From Octopus sinensis (Eukaryota), in the NCBI RefSeq assembly GCF_006345805.1, contig NC_043023.1, positions 3,286,001-3,350,000 on the forward strand: 64,000 nucleotides of DNA, read 5' to 3'. The notes beneath the pieces are model-generated. The model had not been told where the DNA came from and ran no database searches. It saw nothing but the letters and a program-made list of their open reading frames with translations. A program made the translations under genes and the position numbers. Numbering within the stretch: the stretch's first letter is position 1; each line of letters starts with the position of its first letter. Below, piece after piece: positions 12,314 through 23,845 of this stretch.

Positions 12314-12595
12314 TACCTGAGTGAATGGGCCTTCTCTTAGTGTATACCTGTATATTGAAGAGAAAAGACTGGGGAGGGCATCCACCCTGGTGGTCAGGGA
12401 GACCATGGATTTTGTGGGATTTCTTTATGTGTGGCGCTTGAAAGTCCCCCCATTCTCAGGGGTTTTACTTTGACTTTGTTTCATTCATTGTATGACATTT
12501 TACATGCTAAAACCCACACTGGACCCTCCCGAATGTTTTCCTTTGTGTTCGCCCTCTGAGGTTAATAAAGAAATTATTATAAATCATTTCCTTAC

Positions 12596-12844
12596 TGTTT
12601 ATCTTCAAATGATTGTCTGCAGCATTTTGGTTGTCTTCATCAAATTTCCAAGTCAAACATTTCTTAGTTACATCTTTGATCCAAAGCGTGGGAGTACCTC
12701 CACTATTTGCCACTTTATAGTCAGGGCCATCAGCGCATATCCTGTCACATTCATATTTATAATTGTGGAACCACCAAACCACCGGTTGTCTAATGTTTGG
12801 TATTTTTATCCTAAGGATGAAATTTCGATTGCGCACAGCAATTC
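12596..12844 (-). CDS. Ig-like ectodomain exon, copy B (249 nt, phase 1-1)
   Basis: Same splice sites as copy A. GIAVRNRNFILRIKIPNIRQPVVWWFHNYKYECDRICADGPDYKVANSGGTPTLWIKDVTKKCLTWKFDEDNQNAADNHLKIN. No stops or indels. Confidence 0.8.
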
Positions 12845-14562
12845 CTGAAATAAAGAAATCAGTTAAGAAGTTTTCTCTACAATTATATGGTTCTGGGTTC
12901 AGTCCCACTGCACAGCACCTTGGGAAAGTGTCTTCTACTACAGCCTCAGCCTTGTGAGTGGATTTGGTAGATGGAAACTGAAAGAAGCCTGTCGTGTATA
13001 TGTATATACATATAGGTAAATATAAATATATACACACATATATATATATGTGTGTGTGTGTGGTGTTTGTGTGTGTGTTTGTGTGTCTGTGTTTGTTCCC
13101 CCAACATAGCTTGACAACCGATGCTGGTGTGTTCATGCCCCCGTAACTTAGCGGTTTGGCAAAAGGGTCTGATAGAATAAGTACTAGGCTTACAAAGAAT
13201 AAGTCCTGGGGTTCATTTGCTCGACTAAAGGTGGTGCTCCAGCATGGCCGCAGTCAAATGAGTAAAACAAGTAAAAGAGTAAAGAGTAAAGGGTATATAT
13301 ATAAATAGAAAATTTCAAAGCTATGAGATATTCCATGATCAATTCAAACCAATGTGGATAAATAAGGATTACATTTCACTGAATTATCTGAATGCTAAAG
13401 GGTTAATGTTTTTGCCCTTGGAAATTAAAAGGGAAAATGTGCAATAGAGACCATCAAAAGAAATTAGACATCTTATTACACTTAGACTAACGAGTTTTAA
13501 TTTAATGAGATTTATGTTTATTGGGACATGATTTCATCAGACATGGGTGTACGCCTGATTAAACCATGTCACTTTCCACTTACACCCACCCCACTTATTT
13601 TAACCTCTCAGCACCTGGTATAAAGCCACCACACTCACTGCTATGCTCTTCGGTTGGGGCTTATTCCTTCCGCTTCCTTTTTCTTTATAGTTACTTGGCG
13701 ACCTACTAGTGTTGGTGGCGAGTAAAAATGCCTCCAAGTACTCTGTAAAATGGTTGGCATTAAAAAGTAGGAATGAATTCTGCATGAAACGTCATCATCA
13801 TCGTTTAACATCCGTTTTCCATGCTAGCATGGATTGGACGGTTCGACCGGGATCTGGGAAGCCAGGAGGCTGCACCAGGATCCAGTGTGATCTGGCAGAG
13901 TTTCTACAGCTGGATGCCCTTCCTAAACGCCAACCACTACGTGAGTGTAGTGGTTACTTTTTATGTGCCAGGGGAGGCTGGCAACGACCATGATCGGTTG
14001 GTGGTTTTTACGTGCCACCGACATGGACCCCAGTCAAGGCGGCACTGGCATCGGCCACGTACAGATGGTGCTTCTTACGTGCCACTGGCACAGGTGCCAT
14101 GACTGATGATGACAAACATCACAACCACAGTCCTATTCAGAACGACTGTCATAATCACTGCTACATGGTAACCAAATGAGTGGTGGTGCAATGAAGAAAA
14201 GCAGCCACTACATGTGGTAAAGTGGTGGGTGCTAGGAGGGCCATGAAGCAATAGAAGCCTTGCCAATGCATGGAATGGAGTTCACCACAATGCTGTGGTG
14301 TGTTGGATTCATAGCAAAATTGAAGGTGTCAGTCCTATATAGGACCCCCACAAACCATCATGACCCTGGTCGAAAACCACTGTTGCAGTACATTCCCTGA
14401 TGTGCATTTTTGGCTCTTTAGCCTTTCTCAATGGTCAAATTAAAAATTTAAAGAAATCAAAAATCAAAAGATTGGCTAAAAGTTATGAGTTAAGGGAAAG
14501 AAATAGAAGACAGAATTGAAAAGGTAATGTCTTGGAGAGAAAAGGTTTGTTAATCCACTTAC

Positions 14563-14601
14563 CAATTTCGGTGATTTCCTTAGGATACGTATTTGTCAAA
14601 C
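14563..14601 (-). CDS. 39-nt mini-exon 2, (C)LTNTYPKEITEI
   Basis: Identical to mini-exon 1, intact AG/GT. Confidence 0.65.
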
Positions 14602-16763
14602 CTGTAAAAAATGAAAACAAAAACGTTTGATTTTAAGATGATATAATTCAAAATAATGTGAATAAAAGAACATTATATTTCACAGTAATCTGATTGCTAA
14701 AGGATTAAACCTGCCATATTAAACCAGCCATATCTGTTTTATGTTTGAAGTAGCCACATCCACCCTCTCACACCTACCCTACAATGTCAGTCTAAAAATA
14801 AACAATCACATCATCAAAATGTCAAAACTACAAGATAATGAATGATTAATTCAAAAACCAGGAGGGAGGAAGTAGGTAGCTTAATGTGGGTGTGTTGACA
14901 CAAGGAGGGGTAAGAAGAGATAGGCAGATGAGGAAGATGGAGGTGAGGTGATCAGGGGATTGAAAGAAGTAGAAGTGGAAAATTGGGAGATGAGTGGGAG
15001 GTGTGAGAGGAAAAGTATTTTCAAGGGTGGTCATTGTTGGGTATGACAATAGATGTTAATAGTTAGGGATGGTGGCACTATAGAACTAAGGGAAATTGGA
15101 AAGGTGGAAGATGGGAGAGGCGAGTATTAAAGGGAGAGAAAGGGTCCACTTACAGATGCTGGTAGTGTAGTAAGGGGAAATCTGAAAGATGAAGATGGGT
15201 CGGCGGCACATCAAAGTACAGAGGTATGTAGACATGTATGAGTAAATAGAGGGAGTTGGTAACAAAAGTAGGAGTAGGTAGTACTAAGTGGTTTGGTTCT
15301 ACTTGAAGAAGAAGATCAGATAAGAATTCAAAGTGTGAGGACGGGGTTGTAAAGATGTATGTGCTGGGTAGCAGGAATGTGCAAAGGTAATCTTAAAAAA
15401 TATTTAGAATGGGGGAGGTGGTAATAGTGGAAGTGATATGTTGTTAGTACAACAAAGTTGTAACTTAAGGTTAATCATAAAGAATTACATAGATTTAACA
15501 TAATAGGCAAACAAGGATTAGGTTCTGTGTTTACATGAGAGGATTACATCTGAAAATTTATTAAATAATTAGGGGTTGTGGTTTTGAAAGATAGTGGATG
15601 ATTCTCATACACAGTGCCAAGATTAGTATTGTATGGGGTGGGTGGGTGTGAGGGCTCACTGTTAATTAACCAGGGTAGAATATAGGGAATGTTTTGGGAC
15701 CTGAGCTTCTGTATATAATTTGTTAATGATGTAGTTAATTTATAAGTTGGATTGTGGTGGAAAATCAAAAATGTTCCAAAATTTTCTTCCATAAAATGCA
15801 TCATTTCTAAAGCTCAGCTCAAAACAAAATTGGAAAAATCCCTACTGAAACAAAGAAAATCCACCTTACGTGAGTGACCTATTCCAGACCTCTGTGCACT
15901 TGAGTAAGATTGCCTTAACAAAAATATCCTACCCCACTTATTTTAACCTCTCAGCACCTGGTATAAAGCCACCACCCTCACTGCTATGCTCTTCGGTCGG
16001 GGCTTTTTCCTTCCGTGTCCTTTGTCTTTATTGTTACTAGGCGACCTACTAGTGTTGGTGCCTGGCTCCAGTCTGATCTGGCAGAGTTTCTATAGCTGTT
16101 TGCCCTTCCTAAACACCAACCACTCCGTGAGTGTAGTGGGTGCTTTTTATGTGCCACCAGCACAGGTGCCAGGGGAGGTTCGCAACGGCCACGATCGGTT
16201 GGTGGTTTTTACGTGCCACCGACATGGAAGCCAGTCAAGGCGGTGCTGGCATCGGCCACGTACAGATGGTGCTTCTTACATGCCACTGGCACAGGTGCCA
16301 TGACTGATGATGACAAACATCACAACCACAGTCCTATTCAGAACGACTGTCATAATCACTGCTACATGGTAACCAATGAGTGGTGTGTGCAATGAAGAAA
16401 AGCAGCCACTACATGTGGTAAAGTGGTGGGTGCTAGGAGGGCCATGAAGCAATAGCAAAGCCTGCCAATGCATGGAATGGAGTTCACCACAATGCTGTGG
16501 TGTGTTGGATTCATAGCAAAATTGAAGGTGTCAGTCCTATATGGACCCCCACAAACCATCATGACCCTGGTCGAAAACCACTGTTGCAGTACATTCCCTG
16601 ATGTGCATTTTTGGCTCTTTAGCCTTTCTCAGTGGTCAAATTAAAAATTTAAAGAAATCAAAAATCAAAAGATTGGCTAAAAGTTATGAGTTAAGGGAAA
16701 GAAATAGAAGACAGAATTGAAAAGGTAATGTCTTGGAGAGAAAAGGTTTGTTAATCCACTTAC

Positions 16764-16802
16764 CACTTTCGGTGATTTCATCAGTATATGCATTTGTCAA
16801 AC
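16764..16802 (-). CDS. 39-nt mini-exon 3, (C)LTNAYTDEITES
   Basis: Intact splice sites. 6 nt differ from mini-exon 2, all in codons that change amino acid. Confidence 0.6.
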
Positions 16803-18944
16803 CTGTAAAAAATGAAATCAAAAATGTTTGATTTTAAGATGATATAATTCAAAATAATGTGAATAAAAGAACATTATATTTCACAGTAATCTGATTGCTA
16901 AAGGATTAAACCAGCCATATCTGTTTTATGTTTGAAGTAGCCACATCCACCCTCTCACACCTACCCTACAATGTCAGTCTAAAAATAAACAATCACATCA
17001 TCAAAATGTCAAAACTACAAGATAATGAATGATTAATTCAAAAACCAGGAGGCAGGAAGTAGGTAGCTCAATGTGGGTGTGTTGACCCAAGGAGGGGTAA
17101 GAAGAGATAGCCAGATGAGGATGATGGAGGTGGGGTGATCAGGGTATTGAAAGAAGTAGAAGTGGAAAATTGGGAGATGAGTGGGAGGAGTGAGAGGAAA
17201 AGTATTTTCAAGGGTGGTCATTGTTGGGTATGATAATAGATGTTAATAGTTAGGGATGGTGGCACTATAGAACTATGGGAAATTGGAAAGGTGGAAGATG
17301 GGAGAGGCGAGTATTAAGGGAGAGAAAGGGTCCACTTACAGATGCTAGTAGTGTAATAAAGGGGAATCTGAAAGATAGATGAAGATGGGTCGGCGGCACA
17401 TCAAAGTACAGAGGTATGTAGACATGTATGAGTAAATAGAGGGAGTTTGTAGCAAAAGTAGGAGTAGGTGGTACTAAGTGGTTTGGTTCTACTTGAAGAA
17501 GAAGATCAGATAAGAATTCAAAGTGTGAGGACGGGGTGGTTGTAAAGATGTATGTGCTGGGTAGCAGGAATGTGCAAAGGTAATCTTAAGAAATATTTAG
17601 AATGGGGGAGGTGGTAATAGTGGAAGTGATATGTCGTTAGTGCAACTAAGTTGTAACTTAAGGTTAATCATAAAGAATTACATAGATTTGACATAATAGG
17701 CAAACAAGGATTAGGTTCTGTGTTTACATGAGAGGATTACATCTGAAAATTTATTAAATAATTAGGGGTTGTGGTTTTGAAAGATAGTGGATGATTCTCA
17801 TACACAGTGCCAAGATTAGTGTTGAAAGGGGTGGGTGGTGTGAGGGCTCACTGTTAATTACCAGGGTAGATATGAATGGGAAGTGGGAATGGCGACAAAG
17901 GTATTATAAGGGGATGAGTTAAAATGTGGTGAAAATATGTTAAGGTAGTTAAAAATTGGATTGTGGTGGAAAATCAAAAATGTTCCAAAATTTTCTTCCA
18001 TAAAATGCATCATTCTAAGCTGCTAAAAACAAAATGGAAAAATCCCTACTGAAACAAAGAAAATCCACCTTACGTGAGTGACCTATTCCAGACCTCTGTG
18101 CACTTGAGTAAGATTGCCTTAACAAAAATATCCTACCCCACTTATTTTAACTCTCAGCACCTGGTATAAAGCCACCACCCTCACTGCTATGCTCTTCGGT
18201 CGGGGCATTTTCCTTCCGCTTCCTTTGTCTTTATTGTTTAGGCGACCTACTAGTGTTGGTGCCTGGCTCTAGTCTGATCTGGCAGAGTTTCTATAGCTGT
18301 TTGCCTTCCTAAACACCAACCACTCCGTGAGTGTAGTGGATGCTTTTTATGTGCCAGGGGAGGCTCGCAACGGCCACGATCGGTTGGTGGTTTTTACGTG
18401 CCACCGACATGGAAGCCAGTCAAGGCGGGGCTGGCATCGGCCACGTACAGATGGTGCTTTTTACATGCCACCAGCACAGGTGCCATGACTGATGATGACA
18501 AACATCATAACCACAATCCTATTAAGAACGACTGTAATAATCGCAGCTGCATGGTAACCAAATGAGTGGTGGTGCAATGAAGAAAAGCAGCCACTACATG
18601 TGGTAAAGTGGTGGGTGCTAGGAGGGCCATGAAGCAATAGAAGGCTTGCCAATGCATGGAATGGAGTTCACTACAATGCTGTGGCTTGTTGGATCCATAG
18701 CAAAATTGAAGGTGTCAGTCCTATATGGACCCCCACAAACCATCATGACCCTGGTCGAAAACCACTGTTGCAGTACATTCCCTGATGTGCATTTTTGGCT
18801 CTTTAGCCTTTCTCAATGGTCAAATTAGAAATTTAAAGAAATCAAAAATCAAAAGATTGGCTAAAAGTTATGAGTTAAGGAAAGAAATACAGACAGAATT
18901 GAAAAGGTAATGTCTTGGAGAGAAAAGGTTGTTAATCCACTTAC

Positions 18945-18983
18945 CACTTTCGGTGATTTCATCAGTATATGTATTTGTCAAAC
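18945..18983 (-). CDS. 39-nt mini-exon 4, (C)LTNTYTDEITES
   Basis: Intact splice sites, open frame. Confidence 0.55.
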
Positions 18984-21128
18984 CTGTAAAAATGAAATCA
19001 AAAATGTTTGATTTTAAGATGATATAATTCAAAATAATGTGAATAAAAGAATATTATATTTCACAGTAATCTGATTGCTAAAGGATTAAACCAGCCATAT
19101 CTGTTTTATGTTTGAACTAGCCACATCCACCCTCTCACACCTACCCTACAATGTCAGTCCAAAAATAAACAAGTCTAAAAATAAACAATCACATCATCAA
19201 AATGTCAAAACTACAAGATAATGAATGATTAATTCAAAAACCAGGAGGGAGGAAGTAGGTAGCTCAATGTGGGTGTGTTGACCCAAGGAGGGGTAAGAAG
19301 AGATAGCCAGATGAGGATGATGGAGGTGTGGTGATCAAGGTATTGAAAGAAGCAGAAGTGGAAAATTGGGAGATGAGTGGGAGGAGTGAGAGGAAAAGTA
19401 TTTTCAAGGGTGGTCATTGTTGGGTATGATAATAGATGTTAATAGTTAGGGATGGTGGCACTATAGAACTAAGGGAAATTGGAAAGGTGGAAGATGGGAG
19501 AGGCGAGTATTAAAGGGAGAGAAAGGGTCCACTTACAGATGCTAGTAGTGTAATAAAGGGGAAATCTGAAAGATGAAGATGGGTCGGCGGCACATCAAAG
19601 TACAGAGGTATGTAGACATGTATGAGTAAATAGAGGGAGTTTGTAGCAAAAGTAGGAGTAGGTGGTACTAAGTGGTTTGGTTCTACTTGAAGAAGAAGAT
19701 CAGATAAGAATTCAAAGTGTGAGGACGGGGTGGTTGTAAAGATGTATGTGCTGGGTAGCAGGAATGTGCAAAGGTAATCTTAAGAAATATTTAGAATGGG
19801 GGAGGTGGTAATAGTGGAAGTGATATGTCGTTAGTGCAACTAAGTTGTAACTTAAGGTTAATCATAAAGAATTACATAGATTTGACATAATAGGCAAACA
19901 AGGATTAGGTTCTGTGTTTACATGAGAGGATTACATCTGAAAATTTATTAAATAATTAGGGGTTGTGGTTTTGAAAGATAGTGGATGATTCTCATACACA
20001 GTGCCAAGATTAGTGTTGAAAGGGGTGGGTGGGTGTGAGGGCTCACTGTTAATTAACCAGGGTAGAATATAGGGAATGTTTTGGGACCTGAGGTTTTGTA
20101 TATAATTTGTTAATGAGGTAGTTAATTTATAAGTTGGATTGTGGTGGAAAATCAAAAATGTTCCAAAATTTTCTTCCATAAAATGCATCATTTCTAAAGC
20201 TCAGCTCAAAACAAAATTGGAAAAATCCCTACTGAAACAAAGAAAATCCACCTTACGTGAGTGACCTATTCCAGACCTCTGTGCACTTGAGTAAGATTGC
20301 CTTAACAAAAATATCCTACCCCACTTATTTTAACCTCTCAGCACCTGGTATAAAGCCACCACCTTCACTGCTATGCTCTTCGGTCGGGGCTTTTTCCTTC
20401 CGCTTCCTTTGTCTTTATTGTTACTAGGCGACCTACTAGTGTTGGTGCCTGGCTCTAGTCTGATCTGGCAGAGTTTCTATAGCTGTTTGCCCTTCCTAAA
20501 CACCAACCACTCCGTGAGTGTAGTGGATGCTTTTTATGTGCCAGGGGAGGCTCGCAACGGCCACGATCGGTTGGTGGTTTTTACGTGCCACCGACATGGA
20601 AGCCAGTCAAGGCGGGGCTGGCATCGGCCACGTACAGATGGTGCTTTTTACATGCCACCAGCACAAGTGCCATAAGTGATGATGACAAACATCATAACCA
20701 CAATCCTATTAAGAACGACTGTAATAATCGCAGCTACATGGTAACCAAATGAGTGGTGGTGCAATGAAGAAAAGCAGCCACTACATGTGGTAAAGCGGTG
20801 GGTGCTAGGAGGGCCATGAGCAATAGAAGGCTTGCCAATGCATGGAATGGAGTTCACTACAATGCTGTGGCTTGTTGGATCCATAGCAGAATTGAAGGTG
20901 TCAGTCCTATATGACCCCACAAACCATCATGACCCTGGTCGAAAACCCTGTTGCAGTACATTCCCTGATGTGCATTTTTGGCTCTTTAGCCTTTCTCAAA
21001 GGTTAAATAAAAATTTAAAGAAATCAAAGTCAAAAGATTGGCTAAAAGTTATGAGTTAAGGGAAAGAAATAGAAGACAGAATTGAAAAGGTAATGTCTTG
21101 GAGAGAAAAGGTTTGTTAATCCACTTAC

Positions 21129-21167
21129 CAATTTCGGTGATTTCCTTAGGATACGTATTTGTGAAAA
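21129..21167 (-). CDS. 39-nt mini-exon 5, (F)FTNTYPKEITEI
   Basis: Acceptor ttttcattctttacag|, donor G|gtaagt, open frame. Confidence 0.6.
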
Positions 21168-21419
21168 CTGTAAAGAATGAAAACAAAAACGTTTGATTTT
21201 AAGATGATATAATTCAAAATAATGTGAATAAAAGAACATTATATTTCACAGTAATCTGATTGCTAAAGGATTAAGCCAGCCATATCTGTTTTATGTTTGA
21301 ACTAGCCACATCCACCCTCTCACACCTACCCTACAATGTCAGTCCAAAAATAAACAAGTCTAAAAATAAACAATCACATCATCAAAATGTCAAAACTACA
21401 AGATAATGAATGATTAATT

Positions 21420-21519
21420 NNNNNNNNNNNNNNNNNNNNNNNNNNNNNNNNNNNNNNNNNNNNNNNNNNNNNNNNNNNNNNNNNNNNNNNNNNNNNNNNN
21501 NNNNNNNNNNNNNNNNNNN
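21420..21519. other. Assembly gap (100 N, true size unknown)
   Basis: Run of N. Confidence 1.
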
Positions 21520-23845
21520 ATGGATGATGGGCACTTGCTTTTAATGTTGGTGAAAAGAAAGAGGCTGGAGAAGCCATTATGAAAGACTGCTGAATGAGGA
21601 GAATGAATGGGAGGAGGAGAACCTGCCAAATGTTGACCAAGTAGAGGGACCAGCTATCCAAATAGACAGCCCCCTTGTAGTTAAGGCAATTAAGGATATG
21701 AAAACAGGTAAAGCCCCTGGCCCATCAGGAATCACTGCTGGGATGCTTAAAACAGCTGGCTATGTGGGCTATGGCCTAGTCACCCGCATTGTAAACCAGG
21801 TAGTTCACAATGGAGTCATACCCAATGACTGGCGTAGCAGCACCATAGTCAACTGCTACAAGGGTAAGGGTGATGCTCTAGATAGAAATAACTACAGGGG
21901 TATTAAACTGTTGGATCAGGTGATGAAGGTCACAGAGAGGGTCATAACCCATCTCATTAGGGAGAGAATTTGCTTAGATGAGATGCAGTTCGGTTTTGTG
22001 CCGGGTAGAAGCACCACTGATGCTATATTCCTGGTCCGACAACTGCAGGAGAAGTACCTAGCTAAAGATAAACCCCTCTACATAGCTTTTGTGGACTTGG
22101 AGAAAGCCTTTGACAGGGTTCCCCGATCCCTTATCTGGTGGTCGATGCGGAAACTGGAAATTGACGAATGGCTAATAAGGGCTGTACAGGCTCTATACAG
22201 AGAGGCTGTCAGCAAGGTTAGGATTGGCAACGAATATAGTGAAGAATTCCGGGTAGAAGTAGGTGTACACCAAGGCTCAGCCCTCAGTCCCCTTTTATTC
22301 ATCATAGTCCTCCAGGCAATAACAGAGGAATTCAAAACAGGATGCCCCTGGGAGCTCCTCTATGCCGATGACCTGGCTCTCATAGCAGAATCACTACCGG
22401 AACTAGAAGAGAAATTCGGGTGTGGAAGCAAGGGTTGGAATCAAAGGGCCTTAGAATAAATGTAGCAAAGACCAAAGTATTAGTAAGCAGCAAGCGTACT
22501 CAGCACACATCCCCTCGGGTAGGTGGCCCTGCTCAACCTGTAGGAAAGGTACAGGTAGAAACTCCATAAGATGCACCCAATGTAAGTTATGGACACATAA
22601 GAGGTGCAGCAACATTAAAGGGAAATTAACAGATAAGATAGCTTTCATGTGCGGCAGATGCACGGGACAATAGACACAAACAGACACTCAGAAAACAGAT
22701 TCATCACACTCCAGGGAGAAGAAACTAGAAGTAGTTGATAGTTTCCGCTACCTGGGAGACCAAGTTAGTAGCGGAGGTGGATGCACAGAGAGTATCACCA
22801 CTAGAATACGAATAGCCTGGGCAAAGTTCAGAAAGCTCCTACCCCTACTGGCAACAAAGGGTCTCTCGCTCAGAGTGAAAGGTAGATTGTATGATGCATG
22901 TGTGTGAACTGCCATGCTTCACGGTAGTGAAACATGGGCTGTGACTGCAGAGGACATGCGTAGACTTGAAAGAAATGAAGCTAGCATGATCCGCTGGATG
23001 TGTAATGTCAGTGTGCACGCACAACAGAGTGTAAGCACCCTGAGAGAAATGCTGGACATAAGAAGCATCAGATGTGGTGTGCAAGAGCGACGCTTGCGAT
23101 GGTATGGTCATGTACTGCGGATGGATGAGGAGAGATGTGTGAAGAAGTGCCACTCCCAAACAGTTGAAGGAATCAGGGGGAGAGGTAGACCCAGGAAGAC
23201 ATGGGATGAGGTAGTCAAGCATGACCTCAGAGCGTTGGGCCTCACTGAGGCAATGGCGAAGGACCGAGATCTCTGGAGATATGCTGTGACTGTAAAGACC
23301 CGGGCTGCTTCCTGCACCAGTTCCGCATAGACCCCTGCCCATTCAAAGTACCCTGGATCCCGGAACGTCTCGCTGTGCTTGAGGAAACCTGTTGAGTCAA
23401 GTACATGAACATGAACATCGAAATAAATATCAATGGAAATAGTAGTTGTGATACCTGTGCCGGTGGCACATAAAAAGCACCATCCGTACGTGGCCGTTGC
23501 CAGCGCCGCCTCGACTGGCTTCTGTGCCGGTGGCACATAAAAAGCACCAACCGAACATGGCCGTTGCCAGCGCCGCCTTAGTTGGCTTCTGTGCCGGTGG
23601 CACGTTAAAAGCACCAACCGATCATGGCCGATGCCGGACCCCCCTGGCACCTGTGCAGGTGGCACGTAAAAAGCACCCACTACACTCGCGGAGTGGTTGG
23701 CGTTAGGAAGAGCATCCAGCTGTAGAAACACTGCCAGATAAGACTGGAGCCTGGTGCAGCCCCTGGCTTCCCAGACCCCGGTCGAACCGTCCAACCCATG
23801 CTAGCGCGGAAAACGGACGTTAAACAATGATGATGAAGATGATGT
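21520..23845 (+). mobile_element. RTE-clade LINE, degenerate (RT, PHD-like insert, C-terminus, 3' UTR, (GAT)n tail)
   Basis: ORF 21698-22459 has KAPGPSG, NYRGIKLL, QFGF, FVDLEKAFD, GVHQGSALSPLLF and YADD. Frameshifts near 22417 and 22495, TGA near 22906. C-terminal RRLRWYGHV...GRGRPRKTW. Confidence 0.95.

Larger units (their letters stand above)
9630..21419. repeat. Tandem array of five 2.2-3.7 kb units, each carrying one 39-nt mini-exon
   Basis: Anchor ccccacttattttaac(c)tctcagcacctgg at about 9907, 13589, 15932, 18136 and 20319. The array runs into the assembly gap. Confidence 0.92.
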
